Source of the DNA: Bacillota bacterium
Lineage (GTDB): Bacteria; Bacillota; Clostridia; Christensenellales; UBA3700
Reading direction: 5' to 3'
DNA length: 64,000 nt
NCBI GenBank assembly: GCA_023396095.1
Contig: JAEWXG010000012.1
Location: 189,365 to 253,364, forward strand
The notes under the pieces are model-generated. The model was not told the origin of the DNA and did not search any database. It saw nothing but the letters and a program-made list of their open reading frames with translations. Within the stretch, counting starts at the first letter, position 1; each line of letters begins with the position of its first letter. A program made the translations under genes and the position numbers. Below, piece after piece: positions 29,017-39,516 of this stretch.

Positions 29017-29487
29017 TTACCACTTAAAATGTGCAAAAGCCTTATTAGCTTCAGCCATTCTATGCATATCCTCTTTCTTTTTAAATGCACTACCTGTTTT
29101 GTTATAAGCATCAATAATTTCTCCGGCAAGTCTGTCAATCATAACTTTCTCACCGCGTTTTCTTGCGTAATCAACTAATGCTCTTATCCCTAATGTTTGT
29201 CTTCTTTCTGGTCTAATTTCCATTGGAACTTGATATGTAGAACCACCTACACGTCTTGCTTTAACTTCCAAAACTGGCATTACATTTTCCAATGCTACTG
29301 TAAATATTTCCATTGGATTTTTCTCTAATTTCTTTTCTATAATTGCAAATGCGCCATATACGATTTGTTGAGCCAATCCTCTTTTTCCATCAAGCATAAC
29401 TTGGTTTATTAACTTAGTTAAAACCTTACTATTGTAAATTGGGTCTGGTAAAACATCTCTTTTTGGCACGCCACTTCTTCTTGGCAT
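29017..29487 (-). CDS. rpsG: 30S ribosomal protein S7
   Basis: [20 protein letters not shown].... Confidence 0.98.
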   Translation of the reverse strand: MPRRSGVPKRDVLPDPIYNSKVLTKLINQVMLDGKRGLAQQIVYGAFAIIEKKLEKNPMEIFTVALENVMPVLEVKARRVGGSTYQVPMEIRPERRQTLGIRALVDYARKRGEKVMIDRLAGEIIDAYNKTGSAFKKKEDMHRMAEANKAFAHFKW

Positions 29488-29535
29488 ATTTTTATCCTCC
29501 TATTTTGGATTGATTTTCTCTATCCGATTAAATGT

Positions 29536-29907
29536 TTATTTAGGCTTTTTAGCGCCATATTTTGATCTACCTTGTTTACGCTTTGCTACACCAGCAGCAT
29601 CCAACGTACCACGAATAATGTGATATCTTACACCAGGTAAATCCCTAACTCTTCCTCCACGTATTAAAACTACGCTGTGTTCTTGCAAGTTATGTCCTTC
29701 CCCTGGAATGTAAACTGTACCTTCCATTCCGTTTGACAAACGTACTCTTGCAATTTTACGAACTGCTGAGTTTGGCTTTTTTGGAGAAGCAGTTGAAACT
29801 GAAATACAAACACCTCTTTTTTGTGGACATTCGTTCATAATAGGCGTTTTAGATTTAAACTCCTTAGCTTCTCTACCCTTTTTAATCAACTGATTAATTG
29901 TTGGCAT
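29536..29907 (-). CDS. rpsL: 30S ribosomal protein S12
   Basis: [12 protein letters not shown]...[10 protein letters not shown].... Confidence 0.98.
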   Translation of the reverse strand: MPTINQLIKKGREAKEFKSKTPIMNECPQKRGVCISVSTASPKKPNSAVRKIARVRLSNGMEGTVYIPGEGHNLQEHSVVLIRGGRVRDLPGVRYHIIRGTLDAAGVAKRKQGRSKYGAKKPK

Positions 29908-29978
29908 TACTTTATCCTCCCGTAATATTTTCGGATGAGTTATCCTTTCAACCCTTTGGGATAGCTCAAATTTATTTG

Positions 29979-30236
29979 CTACTCAATTATCCCTACAACA
30001 GCTGTTGCAACATCAATTTGACAAATCCTTCCTAACTCACTCATTTTGAATGCTTTATGAATTTTTATGTCTTTATCTCCGATTGTTTCTTTTACTGTCT
30101 TCAAAACAAAATCGTCGCTATCTAGTGCTACAATAACACACTTTATTGCTTCACTATTTATTTTTTTAATCACTTGTCTTAACCCAACAACATGATTTTC
30201 TGTCAAAATCATTTGGATTAATTCTTCTTTTTTCAT
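29979..30236 (-). CDS. L7Ae/L30e-family ribosome-associated protein (YbxF-like)
   Basis: 85 aa starting MKKEELIQ.... It has the position immediately upstream of rpsL, as B. subtilis ybxF does. The track start lies upstream of the predicted promoter. Confidence 0.7.
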   Translation of the reverse strand: MKKEELIQMILTENHVVGLRQVIKKINSEAIKCVIVALDSDDFVLKTVKETIGDKDIKIHKAFKMSELGRICQIDVATAVVGIIE

Positions 30237-30301
30237 ATTTTTACCCGTTTTTTTACATTTTTCACGTAAAAACAACCTAAAAATCAATTTAAGCAAGAAC
30301 A

Positions 30302-30330
30302 ATTTTAGCAATTAATAGAAACATAGTCAA
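30302..30330 (-). promoter_or_regulatory. Promoter of the str operon
   Basis: On the minus strand, TTGACT (30330..30325), a 17-nt spacer, then TAAAAT (30307..30302). Confidence 0.5.
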
Positions 30331-30576
30331 ATAAATATTATAAGTGTTACCCTAAACTTTTAAAAAATAATTAATTAACAATTTCGTTTATTTTAAGTTA
30401 ATGTTCTCTTTTCACAATTTGCAGAGAGTTACAAATCATTTTGTTCAGTCCTATTATAAATTAAGCATACAACCTTATTCAAATAAGAAATCCATAAATA
30501 CTCTAAAGCATTCATTCTCTAATATTGCTTCTATTTTTAATTGTGAACAATCTAATTCCATTGAACTAATAATAAT

Positions 30577-31926
30577 TTATTTTTGCACACTATTTTTATC
30601 TTTTTTATTCTTTTCGTACACTTTAGTAACCTCATCATAGTCCTTGTTTATTGTATGCTCAATTGGGACCCATTCTACCTCGTTTTTAAATGCCTTCAAT
30701 GAAATAAAAACATATGCCATCAAGAAAAATGGATTCATAAATATTGTTGCGCACAAATTCTTTTTAGACATTTTTATTCTTTCTCTTTCAATTTTAATTG
30801 CTATATATGTATCTAAAATTATGCCTAAATAAATGAGCATCAACAAAAGAATGATTGTTACTATACCTGCAACTCCAGCCCAAAATCCTTCATATGCAAA
30901 CGATAAACATGCACTAATAAACATCCCTAACACTGCAAATACTGATGAAGCCAAAAAGAAAGCAAATGGTAATGCTTGAAAATAATAATCATAACATCCA
31001 AGTCTATTTGAAGTTTTTGATTTAATACCTTTCAAAAGTTGCTTTCCGTAAATTTTTCTTATCTGTGAATACCCTTTTACCCAGCGAGTTCTTTGATTTT
31101 TTGAATCACTCCATTTAACAGGTTGCTCATCGTAAAATATTGCGTTAGAAACATAGGCCGTTTTTACACCTTCAATTGCTAATCTAACTGTCAGCTCTAG
31201 GTCTTCAGTTAAAGTATAGAAATTCCAACCACCTAACTTCTCAATTAAATTTTTCGTTATATAAAAACCTGTTCCTGACAATTGAACTGTTGCGCCGAAT
31301 CTAGTTCTTCCTAAATTCTCTAATGTAGAAAATCTTGTAAATGTTAATCCACTACAAGATGATACCCACCCTGTTTCCCAATTTTTAGTATTTCTATATC
31401 CAACAGCAACCTCATAACCTGCATCTAAAGCCTTATTCATTTCTTTTAAATAATTCTGGTCGAGAACATTATCCGCATCTAAAATTAAAAAAGCTTCATT
31501 ATCAAAATCTAACTCATTATTTGCATAATCTATCATTTCTCCAACGATATAACCTTTTCCTTTTTTATCAAGATCCTTTTTCAAATATATTATCGCTCCA
31601 TACGATTGTGCAATTTTACAAGTTGGATCATCTAATGACTCAACCCCAACTATTATCCTAATATTTTCATGAGGATAATCTAGTTTTTTAATTGATTCCA
31701 ATAACGAACCTATTACGCGAGATTCGTTTCTAGCAGGAAGCAGCAATACAAAGTTATGATTTTTCTTAGCGTCTGGATAGCAATTCCCTTTTTTTGCATG
31801 TGTAACAGCGTACAAAAACAAAGATCCTTTCCACCAATATGTAAGGATGGTAACTAATAAAGTAATACCCCACAAGATTGATAAAACTATCTCTACAATA
31901 TAAAATATTTCATCAACTATACTCAT
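30577..31926 (-). CDS. Membrane-embedded family 2 glycosyltransferase (processive type, QxxRW)
   Basis: N-terminal TM helices, LLPARNES, ILDADN (the DxD motif), QRTRWVKG, and four C-terminal TM helices. Confidence 0.8.
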   Translation of the reverse strand: MSIVDEIFYIVEIVLSILWGITLLVTILTYWWKGSLFLYAVTHAKKGNCYPDAKKNHNFVLLLPARNESRVIGSLLESIKKLDYPHENIRIIVGVESLDDPTCKIAQSYGAIIYLKKDLDKKGKGYIVGEMIDYANNELDFDNEAFLILDADNVLDQNYLKEMNKALDAGYEVAVGYRNTKNWETGWVSSCSGLTFTRFSTLENLGRTRFGATVQLSGTGFYITKNLIEKLGGWNFYTLTEDLELTVRLAIEGVKTAYVSNAIFYDEQPVKWSDSKNQRTRWVKGYSQIRKIYGKQLLKGIKSKTSNRLGCYDYYFQALPFAFFLASSVFAVLGMFISACLSFAYEGFWAGVAGIVTIILLLMLIYLGIILDTYIAIKIERERIKMSKKNLCATIFMNPFFLMAYVFISLKAFKNEVEWVPIEHTINKDYDEVTKVYEKNKKDKNSVQK

Positions 31927-31934
31927 TTTCTACC

Positions 31935-32813
31935 TCAATCAAGCAAAGCTTCATGTCCTTTCAGCTTTTCCTTCCCCTCGTCACTTATTTCATATAGTCT
32001 TGTTCCCACAAGATTGTAATGTTTCTCGTAATATTCTCTCTGCATCTTTTCAACATCGTGCCTCATCTTATGTATCGCTTCATGAGAAGAAAGATTCATA
32101 TCTGCGTATACTGGCGGCAAAATATAAGCCGTTATTTTATTCTTCAAATGCATGTATTCTCTAAACTTTCCATTTTCCCTATAGGCAAAAAATATAGGAA
32201 TAACTGGAACGTTATTATCCATTGCCAATTGAAATGCTCCTTCATTTAAAGGTCTTGGTTTTCTATAATGTAACCACATCTCTTCTTCAGCATAAACATG
32301 TACTTTATAATTTTGTTGCACTCTAGTTTTTATTGCTCTCATGAAATTAATTTTTGCCCTCAGTGTTGACCCGATTGGAATAATTCCTCCTCTACGCATT
32401 AAATACCCAAGAGGCCCTTTTATATTATTTTTGGCCGCAACAATAAAATATACCCTTGATTTACAGAAAAAAATTCTATCTATTAGCATGTTGTCTAGAT
32501 ACATAAAATGATTGGAAATTGTGATTGCTCCTTTGCTTTTCAATCCTTTCAAATTTTCTTTACCTTTAATTCTTAAACCATAATAAAAAGCAACAAATAG
32601 AGATGCAAAATTTTTTAATCTAAAAATACACCAAGATACAAATTTATATTTTATGGAATTATCAATATATTTAAAGTCTTTATCAACTTTATAAATTTTT
32701 TCACCTTTGAAAAAATCTTCTTTTTCAACCCCAGGAGCCGTAAAGTTTCCTTGATATTCAAAATCCTTCATTCTTTTTTGCAAAGCAAAAAAATCTTTCT
32801 TACGCTTTTTCAC
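31935..32813 (-). CDS. Lysophospholipid/1-acyl-glycerol-3-phosphate acyltransferase family protein
   Basis: HX4D motif NHFMYLD and PIGS/EEE regions. The start is uncertain: either GTG 32813, overlapping the tsaD 3' end, or ATG 32771. Confidence 0.65.
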   Translation of the reverse strand: MKKRKKDFFALQKRMKDFEYQGNFTAPGVEKEDFFKGEKIYKVDKDFKYIDNSIKYKFVSWCIFRLKNFASLFVAFYYGLRIKGKENLKGLKSKGAITISNHFMYLDNMLIDRIFFCKSRVYFIVAAKNNIKGPLGYLMRRGGIIPIGSTLRAKINFMRAIKTRVQQNYKVHVYAEEEMWLHYRKPRPLNEGAFQLAMDNNVPVIPIFFAYRENGKFREYMHLKNKITAYILPPVYADMNLSSHEAIHKMRHDVEKMQREYYEKHYNLVGTRLYEISDEGKEKLKGHEALLD

Positions 32814-33885
32814 AAAACCTTAATTCTCCTAAATCTAAATTAGTATTAACATCTAAATCTAAATCCTCAGCCATAACACTATGACTCTTAATTAAAGCAT
32901 ATGCTTCCGCCGCAATCATAACCGCATTATCAGTACAATATTTTAAAGGAGGATAATATATTTTTACATTTTCTTTTTCAAAAGCTTTTTCTATTCTTTC
33001 TCTTAATGCACTGTTTGAGGCAACTCCTCCAGATAAAACTATACTTGACACTTTCTTTATTTTATAACATTTTGTTAAATTTTCAACAATCCCGCGTAAT
33101 ATTGCATCTTGAAAAGAGGCAGCAACATCACTTTTATTAATTTTTTGATTTATTTGTTCATTTTTGTGTATGTAATTAATAACAGATGTTTTTAACCCAC
33201 TAAATGAAAAATGTGCAGTTTCACCATCATATGCAGGCGATGGAAATGAAATCTTATTTACCCCCTGTTTTGCCGCCTTCTCTAATTCCGGTCCTCCCGG
33301 ATATGGAAAACCCAACACCCTTGCAACTTTATCGAAACATTCACCGCAAGCGTCATCCTGAGTTTCACCTAAAATTTCAAATTTTTTATAATCTTCAACA
33401 TATGCTATGGCTGAATTTCCGCCACTGACTATCAAACATAAATAAGGAAATTTAATTTCTGGATAAATTAAATAGTTAACAGCTATATGCCCACGTATAT
33501 GATTAATAGCAACTAAAGGAATCTTAGAGGAATATGATAAAGCTTTTGCAAAACTTACTCCTATCAATAATGCACCTTGAAGACCGGCTCCATACGTTAC
33601 TGCAATAACATCAATATCTTTCAATTGTTTGTTCGCTTTCCCCAAAGCTTGATTTACGATATTAGGCATAGCCGTAGCGTGGTTCCTTGATGCAATTTCT
33701 GGAACAACCCCACCAAATCGTTTATGTATTTCTATTTGCGAAGCTACTATGTTGGATAATATTTCACGTCCTTCAATAACACTTGCTGCAGTTTCATCAC
33801 AAGAAGATTCTATTGCCAATATAACAGGGTTATCTTTTTTTAACACTTCAGCTAGTTTCTTCTTCATTAACTCAATGTATCCCAT
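32800..33885 (-). CDS. tsaD: tRNA N6-adenosine threonylcarbamoyltransferase
   Basis: ILAIESSCDETAASV, HIRGHI and GGVASN motifs. TAATG overlap with the prfB stop. Confidence 0.9.
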   Translation of the reverse strand: MGYIELMKKKLAEVLKKDNPVILAIESSCDETAASVIEGREILSNIVASQIEIHKRFGGVVPEIASRNHATAMPNIVNQALGKANKQLKDIDVIAVTYGAGLQGALLIGVSFAKALSYSSKIPLVAINHIRGHIAVNYLIYPEIKFPYLCLIVSGGNSAIAYVEDYKKFEILGETQDDACGECFDKVARVLGFPYPGGPELEKAAKQGVNKISFPSPAYDGETAHFSFSGLKTSVINYIHKNEQINQKINKSDVAASFQDAILRGIVENLTKCYKIKKVSSIVLSGGVASNSALRERIEKAFEKENVKIYYPPLKYCTDNAVMIAAEAYALIKSHSVMAEDLDLDVNTNLDLGELRFCEKA

Positions 33886-34988
33886 TAACTTTTCTTCAAA
33901 TACTCCTTTATAAAACCATCTATATTCCCATTCATTACATCTTGGACATCTGTCATTTCATAATTCGTTCTATGATCTTTTACCATCGTATATGGGCAAA
34001 ATACATAGGAGCGTATTTGTGAACCCCACTCAATTTTTTTAATTTCACCTTTTATAGCTTGTTTTTTTTCTAACTGTTCACGTTCACGCAGCTCTGCCAA
34101 TTTACTTTTTAACATTAGCATCGCTTTTTCTTTATTTTGAATTTGACTTCTTTCATTTTGACACTGAACAACAATTCCAGTAGGTATATGCGTGATTCTA
34201 ATTGCGGACTCTGTTTTATTGACATGTTGTCCTCCAGCCCCACTTGATCTATATTTATCGACCCTTATATCATCTGAGCTTATTGTCACTTCTTCATCAT
34301 CAATAATCTCAGGTAACACCTCCAATGATGCAAATGATGTATGCCTTCTCCCGTTAGCATCAAAAGGTGATATTCTAACTAAACGATGAACACCTTTTTC
34401 GGCTTTTAAATACCCATAAGCATTGTCTCCAGAAATCATAAAAGTAATGCTTTTAATTCCTGCTTCATCTCCAGGCAAACGGTCTATCTCTTCGATTTTA
34501 TAATCTTGACTTTCGGCATAACGTGTATACATTCTAAAAAGCATATCCACCCAATCTTGCGCTTCCGTTCCCCCTGCGCCAGCATGTAGTGTTAGAATAG
34601 CATTATTTGAATCATATGCTCCTCTTAAAAGTACTTCGACTTCCAAATCATCAAAATCTTTCTCTAAAGCACTTAATCCACTAATGATTTCTTGTTCATC
34701 TTCTTCAGAGAGTTCACCTAAATCTAAGCATAATTGTGCTAAAAAAATTAGATCACTTAATTTTGCTTGTATCTTTTTAAATTTATCTACTTTTTTTTCT
34801 AAAACTCTTATTTCCTTATTTATTTTTGTCGCATGAGCAAGTTCGTTCCAAAAATTTTCTTTTTCTTGCTCAGCTTTTAATGTCAAAATGTGCTCCTCAC
34901 TACCTTTAACATCAACAACGGAAGAAAAAGAGTCTAATCTCTCTTGCGCATTTTTTAAATCTAAAATTTTTTGCCCTAAATCAATCAT
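33885..34988 (-). CDS. prfB: Peptide chain release factor 2 (single ORF, no programmed frameshift)
   Basis: The SPF tripeptide (RISPFDANGRRHTSF) and GGQ (SGAGGQHVNKTESA). Confidence 0.93.
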   Translation of the reverse strand: MIDLGQKILDLKNAQERLDSFSSVVDVKGSEEHILTLKAEQEKENFWNELAHATKINKEIRVLEKKVDKFKKIQAKLSDLIFLAQLCLDLGELSEEDEQEIISGLSALEKDFDDLEVEVLLRGAYDSNNAILTLHAGAGGTEAQDWVDMLFRMYTRYAESQDYKIEEIDRLPGDEAGIKSITFMISGDNAYGYLKAEKGVHRLVRISPFDANGRRHTSFASLEVLPEIIDDEEVTISSDDIRVDKYRSSGAGGQHVNKTESAIRITHIPTGIVVQCQNERSQIQNKEKAMLMLKSKLAELREREQLEKKQAIKGEIKKIEWGSQIRSYVFCPYTMVKDHRTNYEMTDVQDVMNGNIDGFIKEYLKKS

Positions 34989-35133
34989 TAAGTATACCCT
35001 TTTTAAATCTCACTTTTTTATGGAATTATAATCATTATATCAAACAAAGGAAAATTTTACCCAAGAACTTTACATTAATATTTTTATAGTTCTCTAATGT
35101 TTTTAATAAATACGTTAATAAATTAATTAATAA

Positions 35134-35940
35134 TCACTTCTTGAATATTTTTTTTATAAATAAAGTTAATAAACAGCTTATTGTTCCTACAACTACTAAC
35201 ATGGCACTCATTGGAACTTTTGACATATAAAATGAAAGCAACCACCCTAAAATTGCATACTCTAAGGCAAAAAATATAGAAACAATTGTTATTTTTTTAT
35301 AACTCTTAGTAATAATAAAACTGTTAGCAATTGGAATTGTCATTAATGCTGAAACCAAAAGAGCACCTGCCGCTCTAACAGAAATCCCTACACTTACCGC
35401 CAAAACTAAAATAAAAAGCCCATTGAAAAATTTCGTTTTTACACCTGACATTTTTGCCATAGTTTCATCCATTGAAATCAGATAAAATTCTTTATAAAAA
35501 ACAATACAAATAACGGAAACAATACTACATATAGGTATTACCCAAGCTATATCATTCCAGGTTAAAAGTGTTAATGCCCCAAATAAATACGATTCAAAGC
35601 TTTGCGTTCCTTTATAATATTTTGAAATAATTAAACTTGCCGCTAATCCAAAAGATAAAATAAGAGCTAACGATAAATCAGCATATCGACCAAATTTTTT
35701 TCGCACCACTTCAATCAACATTGTCGCAATAATACAAACAATAACAGCCCCTACGATTGGGTTAAGCCCTATTATAAGCCCGGCTGCAACACCTAACAAA
35801 GATGTATGTGAAAGCACATCTCCAACAAGAGAAATGTTTTTAAGTACAACAGTTTTTCCAACAAAAGCCAGCATTACCGAAATTGATAATACTGCAACTA
35901 ATGCAATTCTCATAAATTCATAACTAAAAATGCCTTCCAT
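35134..35940 (-). CDS. Metal (Zn/Mn) ABC transporter permease
   Basis: ZnuB/MntB-like polytopic protein, the third gene of the SBP-ATPase-permease operon. Confidence 0.85.
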   Translation of the reverse strand: MEGIFSYEFMRIALVAVLSISVMLAFVGKTVVLKNISLVGDVLSHTSLLGVAAGLIIGLNPIVGAVIVCIIATMLIEVVRKKFGRYADLSLALILSFGLAASLIISKYYKGTQSFESYLFGALTLLTWNDIAWVIPICSIVSVICIVFYKEFYLISMDETMAKMSGVKTKFFNGLFILVLAVSVGISVRAAGALLVSALMTIPIANSFIITKSYKKITIVSIFFALEYAILGWLLSFYMSKVPMSAMLVVVGTISCLLTLFIKKIFKK

Positions 35941-35949
35941 TACTATTCC

Positions 35950-36672
35950 TTAAACATTATCATGCTTGTGTTTATGCTCCAACTCTTCAACAAGTTGATT
36001 CTTCTCAAGTCGCAAAACATCATTATATTCTATACAAAAAGCTTTATTAATATATGACAACATCTCTACCTTTTCGTGAGTTATCATAAATATCGTTAAA
36101 TCTTCCTCAACATTTAATTTACTTAATACTTCATATAAATTTATTAGCGATTCCTTATCTATCCCAATTGTAGGTTCGTCCAATAATAAAAGTTTAGGTT
36201 TATTAATTAGTACTCTAGCTAATAACACTTTTTGCTTTTGCCCGCCAGAGAGCTCGTTAATTGCTTTCTTTTTTAAGTCTTGTATTTTTAATTTTATTAA
36301 AACTTCATCTAACAATTTTTTGCTTTCTTTTTTATCTTTTTTAAAAAAACCAAATGGTTTATATAAATTCGACAAGATAAATTCGTCAACAGTTGTTGGA
36401 AATCCCTTGAATAAGCCACTTGCTACTTGTGGAATATAGCCTATATTAGTCCATCCTTTAAATTTATCAATATTTTGATTAAATAAATATATTTGCCCAT
36501 TAATAGTCTTCAACTGGCCAATTAAAAGCTTAAAAAGTGTACTTTTACCACTGCCATTTGCCCCAATCAGCACTGCAAAATCCCCTTTTTCAATTATAAG
36601 ATCAACTTGTTTTAAAACAAGTTGATTCTCATAACTGAAATTTAGATTTTTTACTTCTATATATTTATCCAT
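35950..36672 (-). CDS. Metal ABC transporter ATP-binding protein
   Basis: GANGSGKST, LSGGQKQK, LLLLDEPT. Confidence 0.88.
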   Translation of the reverse strand: MDKYIEVKNLNFSYENQLVLKQVDLIIEKGDFAVLIGANGSGKSTLFKLLIGQLKTINGQIYLFNQNIDKFKGWTNIGYIPQVASGLFKGFPTTVDEFILSNLYKPFGFFKKDKKESKKLLDEVLIKLKIQDLKKKAINELSGGQKQKVLLARVLINKPKLLLLDEPTIGIDKESLINLYEVLSKLNVEEDLTIFMITHEKVEMLSYINKAFCIEYNDVLRLEKNQLVEELEHKHKHDNV

Positions 36673-37587
36673 TTATCCCTTTATAGCCGACAAATTATAT
36701 TTATATACTTCTATTAAACTGTATTTATCTTTTAATACCAATCTGTCAATATAGTATGCTTTTATATTTGATGATGCATTTTTGTTCTTAACTTCTTTAA
36801 TTAATCTTTCGGCAATATCTTTTTCTTTGCCTTCTTTATCTACATAAAACAATCTTTGCACATTTTTATTCAAAAGCTCATCTACAAATTCTGCAAATTC
36901 TTGATTTGACGCCTCTTCATGTCCTACAGTCAACGATTCTTGTATAAAGCCATAATCACTTAAATAGGTAAATGCTCCGTGCGTCAAATATATTTCTTTT
37001 TGTTCAATTAAAGCGGCAGCATCTTCGTATTCTTTATCAACTTTTTCTAATTCTTTTTTATAACGATTATAATTGCCCACATAATATTCTTTATTAGTTG
37101 GATCAATTTCAACAATAGCATTTTTTATGTTTTCCAACATTTTTAATGCCTTTTTAGGTGATGTCCAAATATGAGGGTCCTCATCGTGATCATGCCCAGT
37201 TTCTTTGCCTTCATGATGCTCATGCTCTTCCACTTCAATCTTTTCAATTCCTTTAGATGCCATGTGCGCCTTCTTATTCAATTTTGCATTCTTTTCAAGA
37301 TATTCAGCTAGCTCATGTTCAAAATCAGAATCAACAAAAAATATAGCTTTTGCATCCGTTAAAAATTTTTGATCTGATGTAGTTGGCTCATAATGATGAG
37401 GATCGTTGGTAGTGATTAATTGTTTTATTTCAATTTTATCCCCGACAATTTGTTGCGCCATCTCAGTTAATGGAAATATCGTTGTCAAAATCACATTACT
37501 ATTCTTCTTATCACATGCTACAAATGAGATGCTACTAAAAATTATTACTATCAATAATACAAATATAATTCCTATTCTTTTTTTCAT
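36673..37587 (-). CDS. Metal (probably zinc) ABC substrate-binding lipoprotein
   Basis: Lipobox ISFVAC. ZnuA/AdcA fold. A His/acid-rich loop VEEHEHHEGKETGHDHDEDPH is typical of Zn-specific SBPs. Confidence 0.85.
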   Translation of the reverse strand: MKKRIGIIFVLLIVIIFSSISFVACDKKNSNVILTTIFPLTEMAQQIVGDKIEIKQLITTNDPHHYEPTTSDQKFLTDAKAIFFVDSDFEHELAEYLEKNAKLNKKAHMASKGIEKIEVEEHEHHEGKETGHDHDEDPHIWTSPKKALKMLENIKNAIVEIDPTNKEYYVGNYNRYKKELEKVDKEYEDAAALIEQKEIYLTHGAFTYLSDYGFIQESLTVGHEEASNQEFAEFVDELLNKNVQRLFYVDKEGKEKDIAERLIKEVKNKNASSNIKAYYIDRLVLKDKYSLIEVYKYNLSAIKG

Positions 37588-37664
37588 TAAAAATCTCCTC
37601 TTAAATTTCTCAAAATAATATTTTCAATTTTATTCATATAAAACTATACACCAATTTCAAATTA

Positions 37665-38177
37665 TTATGTAAGATAATCCACCATTTTCACTGTTGTATA
37701 ATTATGCCCAGTTCCTCTAATTACTATTTCCAAAATATCACTCATCCTAATTTTAACAATAGAATTATTAATAAGAGGATGAACTCCTACATAATTTTCA
37801 TTTAGTAAATCCTCATCAATTAAAACTCTTACTTGATGATTCTGATCAAACACTAATCCTAATGGTGTTATGGCGCCAGGTTTCACGCCTAAATACTCAT
37901 AAAGCTTTTCATCATTACCAAAACTTAGCCTTGCTTTATCTATTTGTTTAGAAATATCAGCCGTCTTAAATTTTTTATTTGCCGACATTAAAAGAAGGAA
38001 ATATTCTGTTCCTTGTCGATTTTGTAAAAATAGGTTTTTAAATATATTACAAGACAATTCATTAGTAATTTGACTACACTGTTGCATGCTATCAAAATTT
38101 TCTTTATAGTCAAAAACCTCAAACTCTACACCTTTGGCTCCTAAATACTCAATAATACATTGCTTCGTTTTTTCCAT
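37665..38177 (-). CDS. YbaK/ProX-type aminoacyl-tRNA deacylase domain protein
   Basis: YbaK-like core (GVKPGAITPLGL). The start is taken at MEKTKQ (38177). Confidence 0.6.
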   Translation of the reverse strand: MEKTKQCIIEYLGAKGVEFEVFDYKENFDSMQQCSQITNELSCNIFKNLFLQNRQGTEYFLLLMSANKKFKTADISKQIDKARLSFGNDEKLYEYLGVKPGAITPLGLVFDQNHQVRVLIDEDLLNENYVGVHPLINNSIVKIRMSDILEIVIRGTGHNYTTVKMVDYLT

Positions 38178-38265
38178 GTCTTCTCTTCTTCTATCTTTTA
38201 AAATTATATAACTTATAACACACTTTCTTTTCATTTGTCTAGATGCTATTTAAAAAAATAAAAAA

Positions 38266-38293
38266 TTATTGCCAGATTTTACTCTGGCAATAA
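38266..38293. terminator. Bidirectional terminator downstream of the ferredoxin gene
   Basis: A 10-bp stem, TTATTGCCAG (38266..38275) paired with CTGGCAATAA (38284..38293), with T-runs on both strands. Confidence 0.6.
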
Positions 38294-38312
38294 TTTCTTT
38301 TTTTATCATTAA

Positions 38313-38483
38313 TTAAGCTTCTGATATAGCTGAAACAGGACAAGTGTCTGCACAAGCGCCACAACTTATGCAAGCTTCTGCGTCAATGCTATATTTCTCT
38401 TCTCCTGCTGAAATTGCTGCTACCGGGCAACCATCAATGCAAGAACCACAAGTAATACATTCATCTCCAATTACGTATGCCAT
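38313..38483 (-). CDS. fdx: 2x[4Fe-4S] clostridial-type ferredoxin (56 aa)
   Basis: Below the track size cut-off. My translation is MAYVIGDECITCGSCIDGCPVAAISAGEEKYSIDAEACISCGACADTCPVSAISEA*, with two CxxCxxCxxxCP motifs. Strong RBS GAGGAGAGG. Confidence 0.85.
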   Translation of the reverse strand: MAYVIGDECITCGSCIDGCPVAAISAGEEKYSIDAEACISCGACADTCPVSAISEA

Positions 38484-38676
38484 AATTTACCTCTCCTCTT
38501 TTTTATTTATTCTATCATTATAAAAATAATTAATCAATATTTGATTTATCATTAAACCCATTAGCCAAGACTATGTAAAACTTTTAGGTCGTTTTTAAAA
38601 TTACCAAAAATCTATTTTAACTTATTTTTACACTATAGATTGTATCTCTACTCGATTATCCTTTGAATTCAATTTT

Positions 38677-39516
38677 TTAATCATCTAACATTTCTTCAAC
38701 AGCTGTAGTTTTATTATAAATCAATTCAGAAGCATGAAATTTTAGGATATCTATATTATCATCTTGCTCAATTTTAACATCAACCATTTCAGTTAATGGA
38801 TTCACATTAAAAACAACTCCTTCCCCTACTGGGGTTTTAACAATTGATTTTTTTCCAGGAAGTTTTTGCATTTGTTGTTCATAGAATTTGTTTTCATACT
38901 CCAAACAACACATCATTTTTCCGCAATACCCACTTGTTTTATTGGCATTTAAATTTACCGATTGCATTTTTGCCATTTTCATTGATGTTTTTGTCGGCTC
39001 CTTTAAAAACCTTGCACAACAAATAACTTGCCCGCAATGCCCTAACCCACCAAGCATTTTAACTTCTTCTTTCTCATAAATTTGTCTAAGTTCAATTCTG
39101 ACGTGATAATAAGTCGCTAATTCTTTAACAAGATCACGAAAATCAACTCTTCCTTCAGCTGCAAAATATATCGTAATTTTTTTGCCATCAAACGATCTTG
39201 TTGCATCAACAATTTTAATTTCCAGTTTGCACTTTTGACATTTTTCAAAAGCTATTTTCATAATACTTGAGCGTTCTTCATCATTTTTAGCTTTTTCTGC
39301 TAAATCAAATTCATTAGCTTTTCTTTTTATTTTTTTCAAATCAGAAACAATCTCATCGTCTGAAACATTTTTATTCGCAACTACAACTTTTGCAATATCA
39401 AGTGTTTGATTATCTTCTATAATCACATAGTCCCCAGGATTAAACTGTTCTCCATTTGGATCAAAAAAATATATTTTCCCTGTTGCGTTATACTTAACTC
39501 CTATTACTTCTGGCAT
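38677..39516 (-). CDS. ricT: PSP1-domain protein YaaT/RicT
   Basis: The PSP1 N-terminus (VIGVKYNATGKIYFFDP), a Cys-rich C-terminal half, and its position after holB as in Bacillus. Confidence 0.85.
   Translation of the reverse strand: MPEVIGVKYNATGKIYFFDPNGEQFNPGDYVIIEDNQTLDIAKVVVANKNVSDDEIVSDLKKIKRKANEFDLAEKAKNDEERSSIMKIAFEKCQKCKLEIKIVDATRSFDGKKITIYFAAEGRVDFRDLVKELATYYHVRIELRQIYEKEEVKMLGGLGHCGQVICCARFLKEPTKTSMKMAKMQSVNLNANKTSGYCGKMMCCLEYENKFYEQQMQKLPGKKSIVKTPVGEGVVFNVNPLTEMVDVKIEQDDNIDILKFHASELIYNKTTAVEEMLDD

Noticed and set aside
34890-34988. I looked for the programmed +1 frameshift site (CUU UGA C after ~25 codons) that many prfB genes carry.
   Set aside because: The gene is one uninterrupted ORF (…ERLDSFSSVVDVKGSEE…) with no in-frame UGA and no CTTTGAC. 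This RF2 is of the non-frameshifting type.
37612-37624. A 13-bp palindrome AAAATA-A-TATTTT upstream of the zinc ABC operon, considered as a possible Zur/AdcR operator.
   Set aside because: It is pure A/T, short, and expected by chance in this composition. It does not resemble the Zur (TCGTAATnATTACGA) or AdcR (TTAACnnGTTAA) consensus.
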